Below, in pieces: positions 1-13,800 of a stretch of 64,000 bases of DNA. The stretch is from Eledone cirrhosa (taxonomy: Eukaryota), in assembly GCA_964016885.1 (NCBI GenBank), contig CAXHJY010000054.1, positions 1 to 64,000 on the forward strand, written 5' to 3'. Both the position numbers and the translations under genes were made by a program. Within the stretch, counting starts at the first letter, position 1; each line of letters opens with the position of its first letter. Under the pieces are notes generated by a model that saw only the letters and a list, made by a program, of their open reading frames with translations, was not told the DNA's origin and ran no database searches.

Positions 1-2985
1 AGCTAAGCTAAGCTAAGCTAAGCTATCCTAAGCTAAGCTAAGCTAAGCTATCCTAAGCCAAGCTAAGCTAAGCTAAGCTAAGCTAAGCTAAGCTATCCTA
101 AGCTAAGCTAAGCTTAGCTAAGCTATCCTAAGCTAAGCTAAGCTAAGCTATCCTAAGCTAAGCTAAGCTAAGCTATCCTAAGCTAAGCTAAGCTAAGCTA
201 TCCTAAGCTAAGCTAAGCTAAGCTATCCTAAACTAAGCTATCCTAAGCTAATTTATCCTAAGCTAAGCTAAGCAAAGCTATCCTAAGCTAAGCTAAGCTA
301 AGCTAAGCTATCCTAAACTAAGCTAAGCTAAGCTATCCTAAGCTAAGCTAAGCTAAGCTATCCTAAGCTAAGCTAAGCTAAGCTTTCCTAAGCTATCCTA
401 AGCTAAGCTATCCTAAGCTATCCTAAGCTAAGCTATCCTAATCTATCCTAAGCTAAGCTATCCTAAGCTATCCGAAGCTAAGCTATCCTAAGCTATCCTA
501 AGCTAAGCTAAGCTAAGCTAAGCTAAGCTATCCTAAGCTAAGCTATCCTAAGCTAAGCTATCCTAAGCTAATCTATCCTAAGCTATCCTAAGCTAAGCTA
601 AGCTATCCTAAGCTATCCTAAGCTAAGCTATCCTAAGCTATCCTAAGCTAAGCTATCCTAAGCTATCCTAAGCTAAGCTAACCTAAGCTAAGCTATCCTA
701 AGCTATCCTAAGCTAAGCTAAGCTAAGCTATCCTAAGCTAAGCTAAGCTAAGCTATCCTAAGCTATCCTAAGCTAAGCTATCCTAAGCTAAGCTAAGCTA
801 AGCTATCCTAAGCTAAGCTAAGCTAAGCTATCCTAAGCTAAGCTATCCTAAGCTATCCGAAGCTAAGCTAAGCTAAGCTATCCTAAGCTAAGCTAAGCTA
901 AGCTATCCTAAGCTAAGCTATCCTAAGCTAAGCTAAGCTAAGCTATCCTAAGCTATCCTAAGCTAAGCTATCCTAAGCTAAGCTATCCTAAGCTAAGCTA
1001 TCCTAAGCTATCCTAAGCTAAGCTATCCTAAGCTAAGCTCTCCTAAGGTAAGCTATCCTAAGCTAAGCTAAGCTATCCTAAGCTAAGCTAAGCTAAGCTA
1101 AGCTAAGCTAAGCTAAGCTAAGCTAAGCTATCCTAAGCTAAGCTAAGCTAAGCTATCCTAAGCTAAGCTAAGCTAAGCTACCTAAGCTATCCTAAGCTAA
1201 GCTATCCTAAGCTATCCTAAGCTAAGCTATCCTAAGCTATCCTAAGCTAAGCTATCCTAAGCTAAGCTAAGCTATCCTAAGCTAAGCTAAGCTAAGCTAT
1301 CCTAAGCTAAGCTAAGGTAAGCTATCCTAAGCTAAGCTAAGCTATCCTAAGCTAAGCTAAGCTAAGCTAAGCTAAGCTAAGCTAAGCTAAGCTAAGCTAT
1401 CCTAAGCTAAGCTAAGCTAAGCTATCCTAAGCTAAGCTAAGCTAAGCTACCTAAGCTAAGCTAAGCTAAGCTATCCTAAGCTAAGCTAAGCTAAGCTATC
1501 CTAAGCTAAGCTAAGCTAAGCTATCCTAAGCTATCCTAAGCTAAGCTAAGCTAAGCTATCCTAAGCTAAGCTATCCTAAGCTAAGCTATCCTAAGCTATC
1601 CTAAGCTAAGCTATCCTAAGCTAAGCTCTCCTAAGGTAAGCTATCCTAAGCTAAGCTAAGCTATCCTAAGCTAAGCTAAGCTAAGCTAAGCTAAGCTAAG
1701 CTAAGCTAAGCTATCCTAAGCTAAGCTAAGCTAAGCTATCCTAAGCTAAGCTAAGCTAAGCTACCTAAGCTAAGCTAAGCTAAGCTATCCTAAGCTAAGC
1801 TAAGCTAAGCTATCCTAAGCTAAGCTAAGCTAAGCTATCCTAAGCTATCCTAAGCTAAGCTAAGCTAAGCTATCCTAAGCTAAGCTATCCTAAGCTAAGC
1901 TATCCTAAGCTATCCTAAGCTAAGCTATCCTAAGCTAAGCTCTCCTAAGGTAAGCTATCCTAAGCTAAGCTAAGCTATCCTAAGCTAAGCTAAGCTAAGC
2001 TAAGCTAAGCTAAGCTAAGCTAAGCTAAGCTATCCTAAGCTAAGCTAAGCTAAGCTATCCTAAGCTAAGCTAAGCTAAGCTACCTAAGCTAAGCTAAGCT
2101 AAGCTAAGCTAAGCTATCCTAAGCTAAGCTAAGCTAAGCTATCCTAAGCTAAGCTAAGCTAAGCTATCCTAAGCTATCCTAAGCTATCCTAAGCTAAGCT
2201 ATCCTAAGCTAAGCTAAGCTAAGCTATCCTAAGCTAAGCTAAGCTAAGCTATCCTAAGCTAAGCTATCCTAAGCTATCCGAAGCTAAGCTAAGCTAAGCT
2301 ATCCTAAGCTAAGCTAAGCTAAGCTATCCTAAGCTAAGCTAAGCTAAGCTATCCTAAGCTAAGCTAAGCTAAGCTATCCTAAGCTAAGCTATCCTAAGCT
2401 ATCCTAAGCTAAGCTATCCTAAGCTATCCTAAGCTAAGCTATCCTAAGCTAAGCTATCCTAAGCTATCCTAAGCTAAGCTATCCTAAGCTATCCTAAGCT
2501 AAGCTATCCTAAGCTAAGCTAAGCTATCCTAAGCTAAGCTAAGCTAAGCTATCCTAAGCTAAGCTAAGCTAAGCTATCCTAAGCTAAGCTAAGCTATCCT
2601 AAGCTAAGCTAAGCTAAGCTATCCTAAGCTAAGCTCTCCTAAGGTAAGCTATCCTAAGCTAAGCTAAGCTATCCTAAGCTAAGCTAAGCTAAGCTAAGCT
2701 AAGCTAAGCTAAGCTAAGCTAAGCTATCCTAAGCTAAGCTAAGCTAAGCTATCCTAAGCTAAGCTAAGCTAAGCTACCTAAGCTAAGCTAAGCTAAGCTA
2801 TCCTAAGCTAAGCTAAGCTAAGCTATCCTAAGCTAAGCTAAGCTAAGCTATCCTAAGCTAGCCTAAGCTATCCTAAGCTAAGCTATCCTAAGCTATCCTA
2901 AGCTAAGCTAAGCTAAGCTATCCTAAGCTAAGCTAAGCTAAGCTATCCTAAGCTAAGCTAAGCTATCCTAAGCTAAGCTAAGCTA
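1..2985 (+). repeat. Block A, copy 1 of a long internal duplication (copy 2 at about 32566-35550, offset 32565)
   Basis: Rare markers recur at a constant offset: TTT of AATTTATCC 252/32817, CTCTCCTAAGG 1038/33603, TAGCC (G at 2861/35426), plus the same five TACC deletions. Confidence 0.92.
1030..2110 (+). repeat. About 270-320-bp higher-order unit (TAAGG ... long TAAGC run ... TACC), about four tandem copies
   Basis: TACC deletions near 1181, 1450, 1764 and 2083; CTCTCCTAAGG at 1038, 1626 and 1940; runs of 9-11 TAAGC in each copy. Confidence 0.85.
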
Positions 2986-4894
2986 ACCTAAGCTAAGCTA
3001 AGCTAAGCTATCCTAAGCTAAGCTAAGCTAAGCTTTCCTAAGCTATCCTAAGCTAAGCTATCCTAAGCTAAGCTAAGCTAAGCTATCCTAAGCTAAGCTA
3101 AGCTATCCTAAGCTAAGCTAAGCTAAGCTATCCTAAGCTAAGCTAAGCTAAGCTATCCTAAGCTATCCTAAGCTATCCTAAGCTAAGCTATCCTAAGCTA
3201 AGCTAAGCTAAGCTATCCTAAGCTAAGCTAAGCTAAGCTATCCTAAGCTAAGCTATCCTAAGCTATCCGAAGCTAAGCTAAGCTAAGCTATCCTAAGCTA
3301 AGCTAAGCTAAGCTATCCTAAGCTAAGCTAAGCTAAGCTATCCTAAGCTAAGCTAAGCTAAGCTATCCTAAGCTATCCTAAGCTAAGCTATCCTAAGCTA
3401 AGCTAAGCTAAGCTATCCTAAGCTAAGCTAAGCTAAGCTATCCTAAGCTAAGCTATCCTAAGCTATCCGAAGCTAAGCTAAGCTAAGCTATCCTAAGCTA
3501 AGCTAAGCTAAGCTATCCTAAGCTAAGCTATCCTAAGCTATCCTAAGCTAAGCTAAGCTAAGCTATCCTAAGCTAAGCTAAGCTAAGCTATCCTAAGCTA
3601 TCCTAAGCTAAGCTATCCTAAGCTAAGCTATCCTAAGCTAAGCTATCCTAAGCTATCCTAAGCTAAGCTATCCTAAGCTAAGCTCTCCTAAGGTAAGCTA
3701 TCCTAAGCTAAGCTATCCTAAGCTAAGCTATCCTAAGCTATCCTAAGCTAAGCTAAGCTAAGCTATCCTAAGCTAAGCTAAGCTAAGCTATCCTAAGCTA
3801 AGCTAAGCTATCCTAAGCTAAGCTAAGCTAAGCTATCCTAAGCTAAGCTAAGCTAAGCTATCCTAAGCTATCCTAAGCTATCCTAAGCTAAGCTATCCTA
3901 AGCTATCCTAAGCTAAGCTAAGCTAAGCTATCCTAAGCTAAGCTAAGCTAAGCTATCCTAAGCTAAGCTAAGCTAAGCTATCCAAAGCTAAGCTATCCTA
4001 AGCTATCCGAAGCTAAGCTAAGCTAAGCTATCCTAAGCTAAGCTAAGCTAAGCTATCCTAAGCTAAGCTAAGCTAAGCTATCCTAAGCTAAGCTAAGCTA
4101 AGCTATCCTAAGCTAAGCTATCCTAAGCTATCCTAAGCTAAGCTATCCTAAGCTATCCTAAGCTAAGCTAAGCTATCCTATCCTAAGCTATCCTAAGCTA
4201 AGCTATCCTAAGCTATCCTAAGCTAAGCTATCCTAAGCTAAGCTAAGCTAAGCCAACCTAAGCTAAGCTATCCTAAGCTAAGCTAAGCTAAGCTATCCTA
4301 AGCTAAGCTAAGCTAAGCTATCCTAAGCTAAGCTAAGCTAAGCTATCCTAAGCTATCCTAAGCTATCCTAAGCTAAGCTATCCTAAGCTATCCGAAGCTA
4401 AGCTAAGCTAAGCTATCCTAAGCTAAGCTAAGCTAAGCTATCCTAAGCTAAGCTAAGCTAAGCTATCCTAAGCTAAGCTATCCTAAGCTATCCGAAGCTA
4501 AGCTAAGCTAAGCTATCCTAAGCTAAGCTAAGCTAAGCTATCCTAAGCTAAGCTATCCTAAGCTATCCTAAGCTAAGCTATCCTAAGCTATCCTAAGCTA
4601 AGCTATCCTAAGCTAAGCTATCCTAAGCTATCCTAAGCTAAGCTATCCTAAGCTAAGCTATCCTAAGCTATCCGAAGCTAAGCTAAGCTAAGCTATCCTA
4701 AGCTAAGCTAAGCTAAGCTATCCTAAGCTAAGCTAAGCTAAGCTATCCTAAGCTAAGCTAAGCTAAGCTATCCTAAGCTAAGCTATCCTAAGCTATCCTA
4801 AGCTAAGCTATCCTAAGCTATCCTAAGCTAAGCTATCCTAAGCTAAGCTATCCTAAGCTATCCTAAGCTAAGCTATCCTAAGCTATCCTAAGAT

Positions 4895-7800
4895 AAGCTA
4901 TCCTAAGCTAAGCTAAGCTAAGCCAACCTAAGCTAAGCTAAGCTATCCTAAGCTAAGCTAAGCTATCCTAAGCTAAGCTAAGCTAAGCTATCCTAAGCTA
5001 AGCTAAGCTAAGCTATCCTAAGCTAAGCTAAGCTATCCTAAGCTAAGCTAAGCTATACTAAGCTAAGCTAAGCTATCCTAAGCTAAGCTATCCTAAGCTA
5101 TCCTAAGCTAAGCTATCCTAAGCTATCCTAAGCTAAGCTATCCTAAGCTATCCTAAGCTAAGCTATCCTAAGCTATCCTAAGCTAAGCTAAGCTAAGCTA
5201 TCCTAAGCTAAGCTAAGCTAAGCTATCCTAAGCTAAGCTAAGCTAACCTAAGCTAAGCTAAGCTAAGCTATCCTAAGCTAAGCTAAGCTAAGCTTTCCTA
5301 AGCTATCCTAAGCTAAGCTATCCTAAGCTAAGCTAAGCTAAGCTATCCTAAGCTAAGCTAAGCTATCCTAAGCTAAGCTAAGCTAAGCTATCCTAAGCTA
5401 AGCTAAGCTAAGCTATCCTAAGCTATCCTAAGCTATCCTAAGCTAAGCTATCCTAAGCTAAGCTAAGCTAAGCTATCCTAAGCTAAGCTAAGCTAAGCTA
5501 TCCTAAGCTAAGCTATCCTAAGCTATCCGAAGCTAAGCTAAGCTAAGCTATCCTAAGCTAAGCTAAGCTAAGCTATCCTAAGCTAAGCTAAGCTAAGCTA
5601 TCCTAAGCTAAGCTAAGCTAAGCTATCCTAAGCTAAGCTATCCTAAGCTATCCTAAGCTAAGCTATCCTAAGCTATCCTAAGCTAAGCTATCCTAAGCTA
5701 AGCTATCCTAAGCTATCCTAAGCTAAGCTATCCTAAGCTATCCTAAGCTAAGCTATCCTAAGCTAAGCTAAGCTATCCTAAGCTAAGCTAAGCTAAGCTA
5801 AGCTAAGCTAAGCTATCCTAAGCTAAGCTAAGCTATCCTAAGCTAAGCTAAGCTAAGCTATCCTAAGCTAAGCTAAGCTATCCTAAGCTAAGCTATCCTA
5901 AGCTATCCTAAGCTAAGCTATCCTAAGCTATCCTAAGCTAAGCTATCCTAAGCTATCCTAAGCTAAGCTATCCTAAGCTATCCTAAGCTAAGCTAAGCTA
6001 AGCTATCCTAAGCTAAGCTAAGCTAAGCTATCCTAAGCTAAGCTATCCTAAGCTATCCTAAGCTATCCTAAGCTAAGCTATCCTAAGCTATCCTAAGCTA
6101 AGCTAAGCTAAGCTATCCTAAGCTAAGCTAAGCTAAGCTATCCTAAGCTATCCTAAGCTAAGCTATCCTAAGCTAAGCTATCCTAAGCTAAGCTATCCTA
6201 AGCTATCCTAAGCTAAGCTATCCTAAGCTAAGCTCTCCTAAGGTAAGCTATCCTAAGCTAAGCTAAGCTATCCTAAGCTAAGCTAAGCTAAGCTAAGCTA
6301 AGCTAAGCTAAGCTAAGCTAAGCTATCCTAAGCTAAGCTAAGCTAAGCTATCCTAAGCTAAGCTAAGCTAAGCTACCTAAGCTAAGCTAAGCTAAGCTAT
6401 CCTAAGCTAAGCTAAGCTAAGCTATCCTAAGCTAAGCTAAGCTATCCTTAGCTAAGCTAAGCTAAGCTATCCTAAGCTAAGCTAAGCTATCCTAAGCTAA
6501 GCTAAGCTAAGCTATCCTAAGCTAAGCTAAGCTAAGCTATCCTAAGCTAAGCTAAGCTATCCTAAGCTAAGCTAAGCTAAGCTATCCTAAGCTAAGCTAA
6601 GCTAAGCAATCCTAAGCTATCCTAAGCTAACCTATCCTAAGCTAAGCTAAGCTAAGCTAAGCTATCCTAAGCTAAGCTAAGCTAAGCTAACCTAAGCTAA
6701 GCTATCCTAAGCTAAGCTAAGCTAAGCTATCCTAAGCTAAGCTAAGCTATCCTAAGCTAAGCTAAGCTATCCTAAGCTATCCTAAGCTAAGCTATCCTAA
6801 GCTATCCTAAGCTATCCTAAGCTAAGCTAAGCTATCCTAAGCTATCCTAAGCTAAGCTAAGCTATCCTAAGCTAAGCTAAGCTATCCTAAGCTAAGCTAA
6901 GCTAAGCTATCCTAAGCTAAGCTAAGCTAAGCTATCCTAAGCTAAGCTAAGCTAAGCTATCCTAAGCTAAGCTAAGCTATCCTAAGCTAAGCTAAGCTAA
7001 GCTATCCTAAGCTAAGCTAAGCTAATCTATCCTAAGCTATCCTAAGCTAAGCTATCCTAAGCTAAGCTATCCTAAGCTATCCTAAGCTAAGCTATCCTAA
7101 GCTAAGCTAAGCTATCCTAAGCTAAGCTATCCTAAGCTAAGCTATCCTAAGCTATCCTAAGCTAAGCTATCCTAAGCTATCCTAAGCTAAGCTATCCTAA
7201 GCTATCCTAAGCTAAGCTAAGCTATCCTAAGCTATCCTAAGCTAAGCTAAGCTATCCTAAGCTAAGCTAAGCTATCCTAAGCTAAGCTAAGCTAAGCTAT
7301 CCTAAGCTAAGCTAAGCTAAGCTATCCTAAGCTAAGCTAAGCTAAGCTATCCTAAGCTAAGCTAAGCTATCCTAAGCTAAGCTAAGCTAAGCTATCCTAA
7401 GCTAAGCTAAGCTAATCTATCCTAAGCTATCCTAAGCTAAGCTATCCTAAGCTAAGCTATCCTAAGCTATCCTAAGCTAAGCTATCCTAAGCTAAGCTAA
7501 GCTAAGCTAAGCTAAGCTATCCTAAGCTAAGCTAAGCTAAGCTATCCTAAGCCAAGCTAAGCTAAGCTAAGCTAAGCTAAGCTAAGCTAAGCTATCCTAA
7601 GCTAAGCTAAGCTTAGCTAAGCTATCCTAAGCTAAGCTAAGCTAAGCTATCCTAAGCTAAGCTAAGCTAAGCTATCCTAAGCTAAGCTAAGCTAAGCTAT
7701 CCTAAGCTAAGCTAAGCTAAGCTATCCTAAACTAAGCTATCCTAAGCTAATTTATCCTAAGCTAAGCTAAGCAAAGCTATCCTAAGCTAAGCTAAGCTAA

Positions 7801-10800
7801 GCTAAGCTATCCTAAACTAAGCTAAGCTAAGCTATCCTAAGCTAAGCTAAGCTAAGCTATCCTAAGCTAAGCTAAGCTAAGCTTTCCTAAGCTATCCTAA
7901 GCTAAGCTATCCTAAGCTAAGCTAAGCTAAGCTATCCTAAGCTAAGCTAAGCTATCCTAAGCTAAGCTAAGCTAAGCTATCCTAAGCTAAGCTATCCTAA
8001 GCTATCCTAAGCTAAGCTATCCTAAGCTATCCTAAGCTAAGCTATCCTAAGCTAAGCTAAGCTAAGCTATCCTAAGCTAAGCTAAGCTAAGCTATCCTAA
8101 GCTAAGCTAAGCTATCCTAAGCTAAGCTAAGCTATCCTAAGCTAAGCTAAGCTAAGCTATCCTAAGCTAAGCTATCCTAAGCTAAGCTATCCTAAGCTAA
8201 GCTATCCTAAGCTATCCTAAGCTAAGCTATCCTAATCTATCCTAAGCTAAGCTATCCTAAGCTATCCGAAGCTAAGCTATCCTAAGCTATCCTAAGCTAA
8301 GCTAAGCTAAGCTAAGCTAAGCTATCCTAAGCTAAGCTATCCTAAGCTAAGCTATCCTAAGCTAAGCTATCCTAAGCTATCCTAAGCTAAGCTATCCTAA
8401 TCTATCCTAAGCTAAGCTATCCTAAGCTATCCTAAGCTAAGCTAAGCTAAGCTAAGCTAAGCTATCCTAAGCTAAGCTATCCTAAGCTAAGCTATCCTAA
8501 GCTAATCTATCCTAAGCTATCCTAAGCTAAGCTAAGCTAAGCTATCCTAAGCTATCCTAAGCTAAGCTATCCTAAGCTAAGCTATCCTAAGCTAAGCTAT
8601 CCTAAGCTATCCTAAGCTAAGCTATCCTAATCTATCCTAAGCTAAGCTATCCTAAGCTATCCGAAGCTAAGCTATCCTAAGCTATCCTAAGCTAAGCTAA
8701 GCTAAGCTAAGCTAAGCTATCCTAGGCTAAGCTATCCTAAGCTAAGCTATCCTAAGCTAATCTATCCTAAGCTATCCTAAGCTAAGCTAAGCTAAGCTAT
8801 CCTAAGCTAAGCTAAGCTAAGCTATCCTAAGCTAAGCTAAGTTAAGCTAAGCTATCCTAAGCTATCCTAAGCTAAGCTATCCTAAGCTAAGCTATCCTAA
8901 GCTATCCTAAGCTAAGCTATCCTAAGCTATCCTAAGCTAAGCTATCCTAAGCTATCCTAAGCTAAGCTATCCTAAGCTAAGCTATCCTAAGCTAAGCTAT
9001 CCTAAGCTAAGCTATCCTAAGCTATCCTAAGCTATCCTAAGCTAAGCTAAGCTAAGCTATCCTAAGCTATCCTAAGCTAAGCTATCCTAAGCTAAGCTAA
9101 GCTAAGCTAAGCTATCCTAAGCTAAGCTAAGCTAAGCTATCCTAAGCTAAGCTAAGCTAAGCTATCCTAAGCTAAGCTAAGCTAAGCTATCCTAAGCTAA
9201 GCTATCCTAAGCTAAGCTAAGCTAAGCTATCCTAAGCTAAGCTAAGCTAAGCTATCCTAAGCTAAGCTAAGCTAAGCTATCCTAAGCTAAGCTAAACTAA
9301 GCTATCCTAAGCAAAGCTAAGCTAAGCTAAGCTAAGCTATCCTAAGCTAAGCTAAGCTAAGCTATCCTAAGCTAAGCTAAGCTAAGCTATCCTAAGCTAA
9401 GCTAAGCTATCCTAAGCTAAGCTAAGCTAAGCTATCCTAAGCTAAGCTAAGCTAAGCTATCCTAAGCTATCCTAAGCTAAGCTATCCTAAGCTAAGCTAA
9501 GCTAAGCTATCCTAAGCTATCCTAAGCTAAGCTATCCTAAGCTAAGCTAAGCTAAGCTATCCTAAGCTAAGCTAAGCTATCCTAAGCTAAGCTAAGCTAA
9601 GCTATCCTAAGCTAAGCTATCCTAAGCTATGCTAAGCTAAGCTAAGCTAAGCTATCCTAAGCTAAGCTAAGCTAACCTATCCTAAGCTAAGCTAAGCTAA
9701 GCTATCCTAAGCTATGCTAAGCTAAGCTATCCTAAGCTATCCTAAGCTATCCTAAGCTAAGCTATCCTAAGCTAAGCTATCCTAAGCTAAGCTCTCCTAA
9801 GGTAAGCTATCCTAAGCTATCCTAAGCTAAGCTAAGCTAAGCTATCCTAAGCTAAGCTAAGCTATCCTAAGCTAAGCTAAGCTAAGCTATCCTAAGCTAA
9901 GCTAAGCTAAGCTCTCCTAAGCTAAGTTAAGCTAAGCTATCCTAAGCTAAGCTAAGCTAAGCTCTCCTAAGCTAAGCTATCCTAAGCTATCCTAAGCTAA
10001 GCTAAGCTATCCTAAGCTAAGCTAAGCTAAGCTATCCTAAGCTAAGCTAAGCTATCCTAAGCTAAGCTATCCTAAGCTAAGCTAAACTAAGCTAAGCTAA
10101 GCTATCCTAAGCTAAGCTAAGCTAAGCGATCCTAAGCTAAGCTAAGCTAAGCTATCCTAAGCTAAGCTAAGCTAAGCTATCCTAAGCTAAGCTAAGCTAT
10201 CCTAAGCTAAGCTAAGCTAAGCTATCCTAAGCTAAGCTATCCTAAGCTAAGCTATCCTAAGCTAAGCTAAGCTAAGCTATCCTAAGCTAAGCTAAGCTAA
10301 GCTAAGCTAAGCTAAGCTATCCTAAGCTAAGCTAAGCTAAGCTATCCTAAGCTAAGCTAAGCTATCCTAAGCTAAGCTAAGCTAAGCTATCCTAAGCTAA
10401 GCTAAGCTAAGCTAAGCTAAGCTAAGCTATCCTAAGCTATCCTAAGCTAAGCTATCCTAAGCTAAGCTATCCTAAGCTATCCTAAGCTAAGCTATCCTAA
10501 GCTAAGCTAAGCTAAGCAAGCCTAAGCTAAGCTATCCTAAGCTAAGCTATCCTAAGCTATCCTAAGCTATCCTAAGCTAAGCTAAGCTAAGCTAAGCTAT
10601 CCTAAGCTAAGCTAAGCTAAGCTATCCTAAGCTAAGCTAAGCTAAGCTATCCTAAGCTATCCTAAGCTAAGCTATCCTAAGCTATCCTAAGCTAAGCTAT
10701 CCTAAGCTATCCTAAGCTAAGCTAACCTAAGCTAAGCTATCCTAAGCTAAGCTAAGCTAAGCTATCCTAAGCTAAGCTAAGCTAAGCTATCCTAAGCTAA

Positions 10801-13800
10801 GCTAAGCTAAGCTATCCTAAGCTAAGCTAAGCTATCCTAAGCTAAGCTATCCTAAGCTAAGCTATCCTAAGCTAAGCTATCCTAAGCTAAGCTAAGCTAA
10901 GCTATCCTAAGCTAAGCTAAGCTAAGCTAAGCTAAGCTAAGCTATCCTAAGCTAAGCTAAGCTAAGCTATCCTAAGCTAAGCTAAGCTATCCTAAGCTAA
11001 GCTAAGCTATCCTAAGCTAAGCTAAGCTAAGCTAAGCTAAGCTAAGCTATCCTAAGCTATCCTAAGCTAAGCTATCCTAAGCTAAGCTATCCTAAGCTAT
11101 CCTAAGCTAAGCTATCCTAAGCTAAGCTAAGCTAAGCTATCCTAAGCTAAGCTATCCTAAGCTAAGCTATCCTAAGCTATCCTAAGCTATCCTAAGCTAA
11201 GCTAAGCTAAGCTAAGCTATCCTAAGCTAAGCTAAGCTAAGCTATCCTAAGCTAAGCTAAGCTAAGCTATCCTAAGCTATCCTAAGCTAAGCTATCCTAA
11301 GCTATCCTAAGCTAAGCTATCCTAAGCTATCCTAAGCTAAGCTAACCTAAGCTAAGCTATCCTAAGCTAAGCTAAGCTAAGCTATCCTAAGCTAAGCTAA
11401 GCTAAGCTATCCTAAGCTAAGCTAAGCTAAGCTATCCTAAGCTAAGCTAAGCTATCCTAAGCTAAGCTATCCTAAGCTAAGCTATCCTAAGCTAAGCTAT
11501 CCTAAGCTAAGCTAAGCTAAGCTATCCTAAGCTAAGCTAAGCTAAGCTAAGCTAAGCTAAGCTATCCTAAGCTAAGCTAAGCTAAGCTATCCTAAGCTAA
11601 GCTAAGCTATCCTAAGCTAAGCTAAGCTATCCTAAGCTAAGCTAAGCTAAGCTAAGCTAAGCTAAGCTATCCTAAGCTATCCTAAGCTAAGCTATCCTAA
11701 GCTAAGCTATCCTAAGCTATCCTAAGCTAAGCTATCCTAAGCTAAGCTAAGCTAAGCTATCCTAAGCTAAGCTATCCTAAGCTAAGCTATCCTAAGCTAT
11801 CCTAAGCTATCCTAAGCTAAGCTAAGCTAAGCTAAGCTATCCTAAGCTAAGCTAAGCTAAGCTATCCTAAGCTAAGCTAAGCTAAGCTATCCTAAGCTAT
11901 CCTAAGCTAAGCTATCCTAAGCTATCCTAAGCTAAGCTATCCTAAGCTATCCTAAGCTAAGCTAACCTAAGCTAAGCTATCCTAAGCTATCCTAAGCTAA
12001 GCTAAGCTAAGCTATCCTAAGCTAAGCTAAGCTAAGCTATCCTAAGCTAAGCTAAGCTAAGCTATGCTAAGCTAAGCTAAGCTAAGCTTTCCTAAGCTAT
12101 CCTAAGCTAAGCTATCCTAAGCTAAGCTATCCTAAGCTATCCTAAGCTAAGCTATCCTAAGCTATCCTAAGCTAAGCTATCCTAAGCTAAGCTATCCTAA
12201 ACTAAGCTAAGCTATCCTAAGCTAAGCTAAGCTAAGCCATCCTAAGCTAAGCTAAGCTAGGCTATCCTAAGCTAAGCTAAGCTATCCTAAGCTAAGCTAA
12301 GCTAAGCTATCCTAAGCTAAGCTAAGCTAAGCTATCCTAAGCTATCCTAAGCTAAGCTAAGCTAAGCTATCCTAAGCTAAGCTAAGCTAAGCTATCCTAA
12401 GCTATCCTAAGCTAAGCTATCCTAAGCTATCCTAAGCTAAGCTATCCTAAGCTAAGCTAAGCTAAGCTATCCTAAGCTAAGCTAAGCTAAGCTATCCTAA
12501 GCTAAGCTATCCTAAGCTATCCTAAGCTAAGCTATCCTAAGCTAAGCTATCCTAAGCTAAGCTAAGCTATCCTAAGCTAAGCTAAGCTAAGCTATCCTAA
12601 GCTAAGCTAAGCTAAGCTATCCTAAGCTATCCTAAGCTAAGCTATCCTAAGCTATCCTAAGCTAAGCTATCCTAAGCTATCCTAAGCTAAGCTAAGCTAT
12701 CCTAAGATAAGCTAAGCTATCCTAAGCTATCCTAAGCTAAGCTAAGCTAAGCTATCCTAAGCTAAGCTAAGCTAAGCTATCCTAAGCTAAGCTAAACTAA
12801 GCTATCCTAAGCAAAGCTAAGCTAAGCTAAGCTAAGCTATCCTAAGCTAAGCTAAGCTAAGCTATCCTAAGCTAAGCTAAGCTAAGCTATCCTAAGCTAA
12901 GCTAAGCTATCCTAAGCTAAGCTAAGCTAAGCTATCCTAAGCTAAGCTAAGCTAAGCTATCCTAAGCTATCCTAAGCTAAGCTATCCTAAGCTAAGCTAA
13001 GCTAAGCTATCCTAAGCTATCCTAAGCTAAGCTATCCTAAGCTAAGCTAAGCTAAGCTATCCTAAGCTAAGCTAAGCTATCCTAAGCTAAGCTAAGCTAA
13101 GCTATCCTAAGCTAAGCTATCCTAAGCTATGCTAAGCTAAGCTAAGCTAAGCTATCCTAAGCTAAGCTAAGCTAACCTATCCTAAGCTAAGCTAAGCTAA
13201 GCTATCCTAAGCTAAGCTAAGCTAAGCTAAGCTAAGCTAAGCTAAGCTATCCTAAGCTATCCTAAGCTATCCTAAGCTAAGCTATCCTAAGCTAAGCTCT
13301 CCTAAGGTAAGCTATCCTAAGCTATCCTAAGCTAAGCTAAGCTAAGCTATCCTAAGCTAAGCTAAGCTAAGCTATCCTAAGCTAAGTTAAGCTAAGCTAT
13401 CCTAAGCTAAGCTAAGCTAAGCTCTCCTAAGCTAAGCTATCCTAAGCTATCCTAAGCTAAGCTAAGCTATCCTAAGCTAAGCTAAGCTAAGCTATCCTAA
13501 GCTAAGCTAAGCTATCCTAAGCTAAGCTATCCTAAGCTAAGCTAAACTAAGCTAAGCTAAGCTATCCTAAGCTAAGCTAAGCTAAGCGATCCTAAGCTAA
13601 GCTAAGCTAAGCTATCCTAAGCTAAGCTAAACTAAGCTATCCTAAGCTAAGCTAAGCTAAGCTATCCTAAGCTAAGTTAAGCTAAGCTATCCTAAGCTAA
13701 GCTAAGCTAAGCGATCCTAAGCTAAGCTAAGCTAAGCTATCCTAAGCTAAGCTAAGCTAAGCTATCCTAAGCTAAGCTAAGCTATCCTAAGCTAAGCTAA

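Noticed and set aside
106-119. Perfect 14-bp palindrome AGCTAAGCTTAGCT (HindIII site), also in the four other cassette copies
   Set aside because: It is produced by a single A>T change in a quasi-palindromic repeat; it is not an inversion junction or a terminator.
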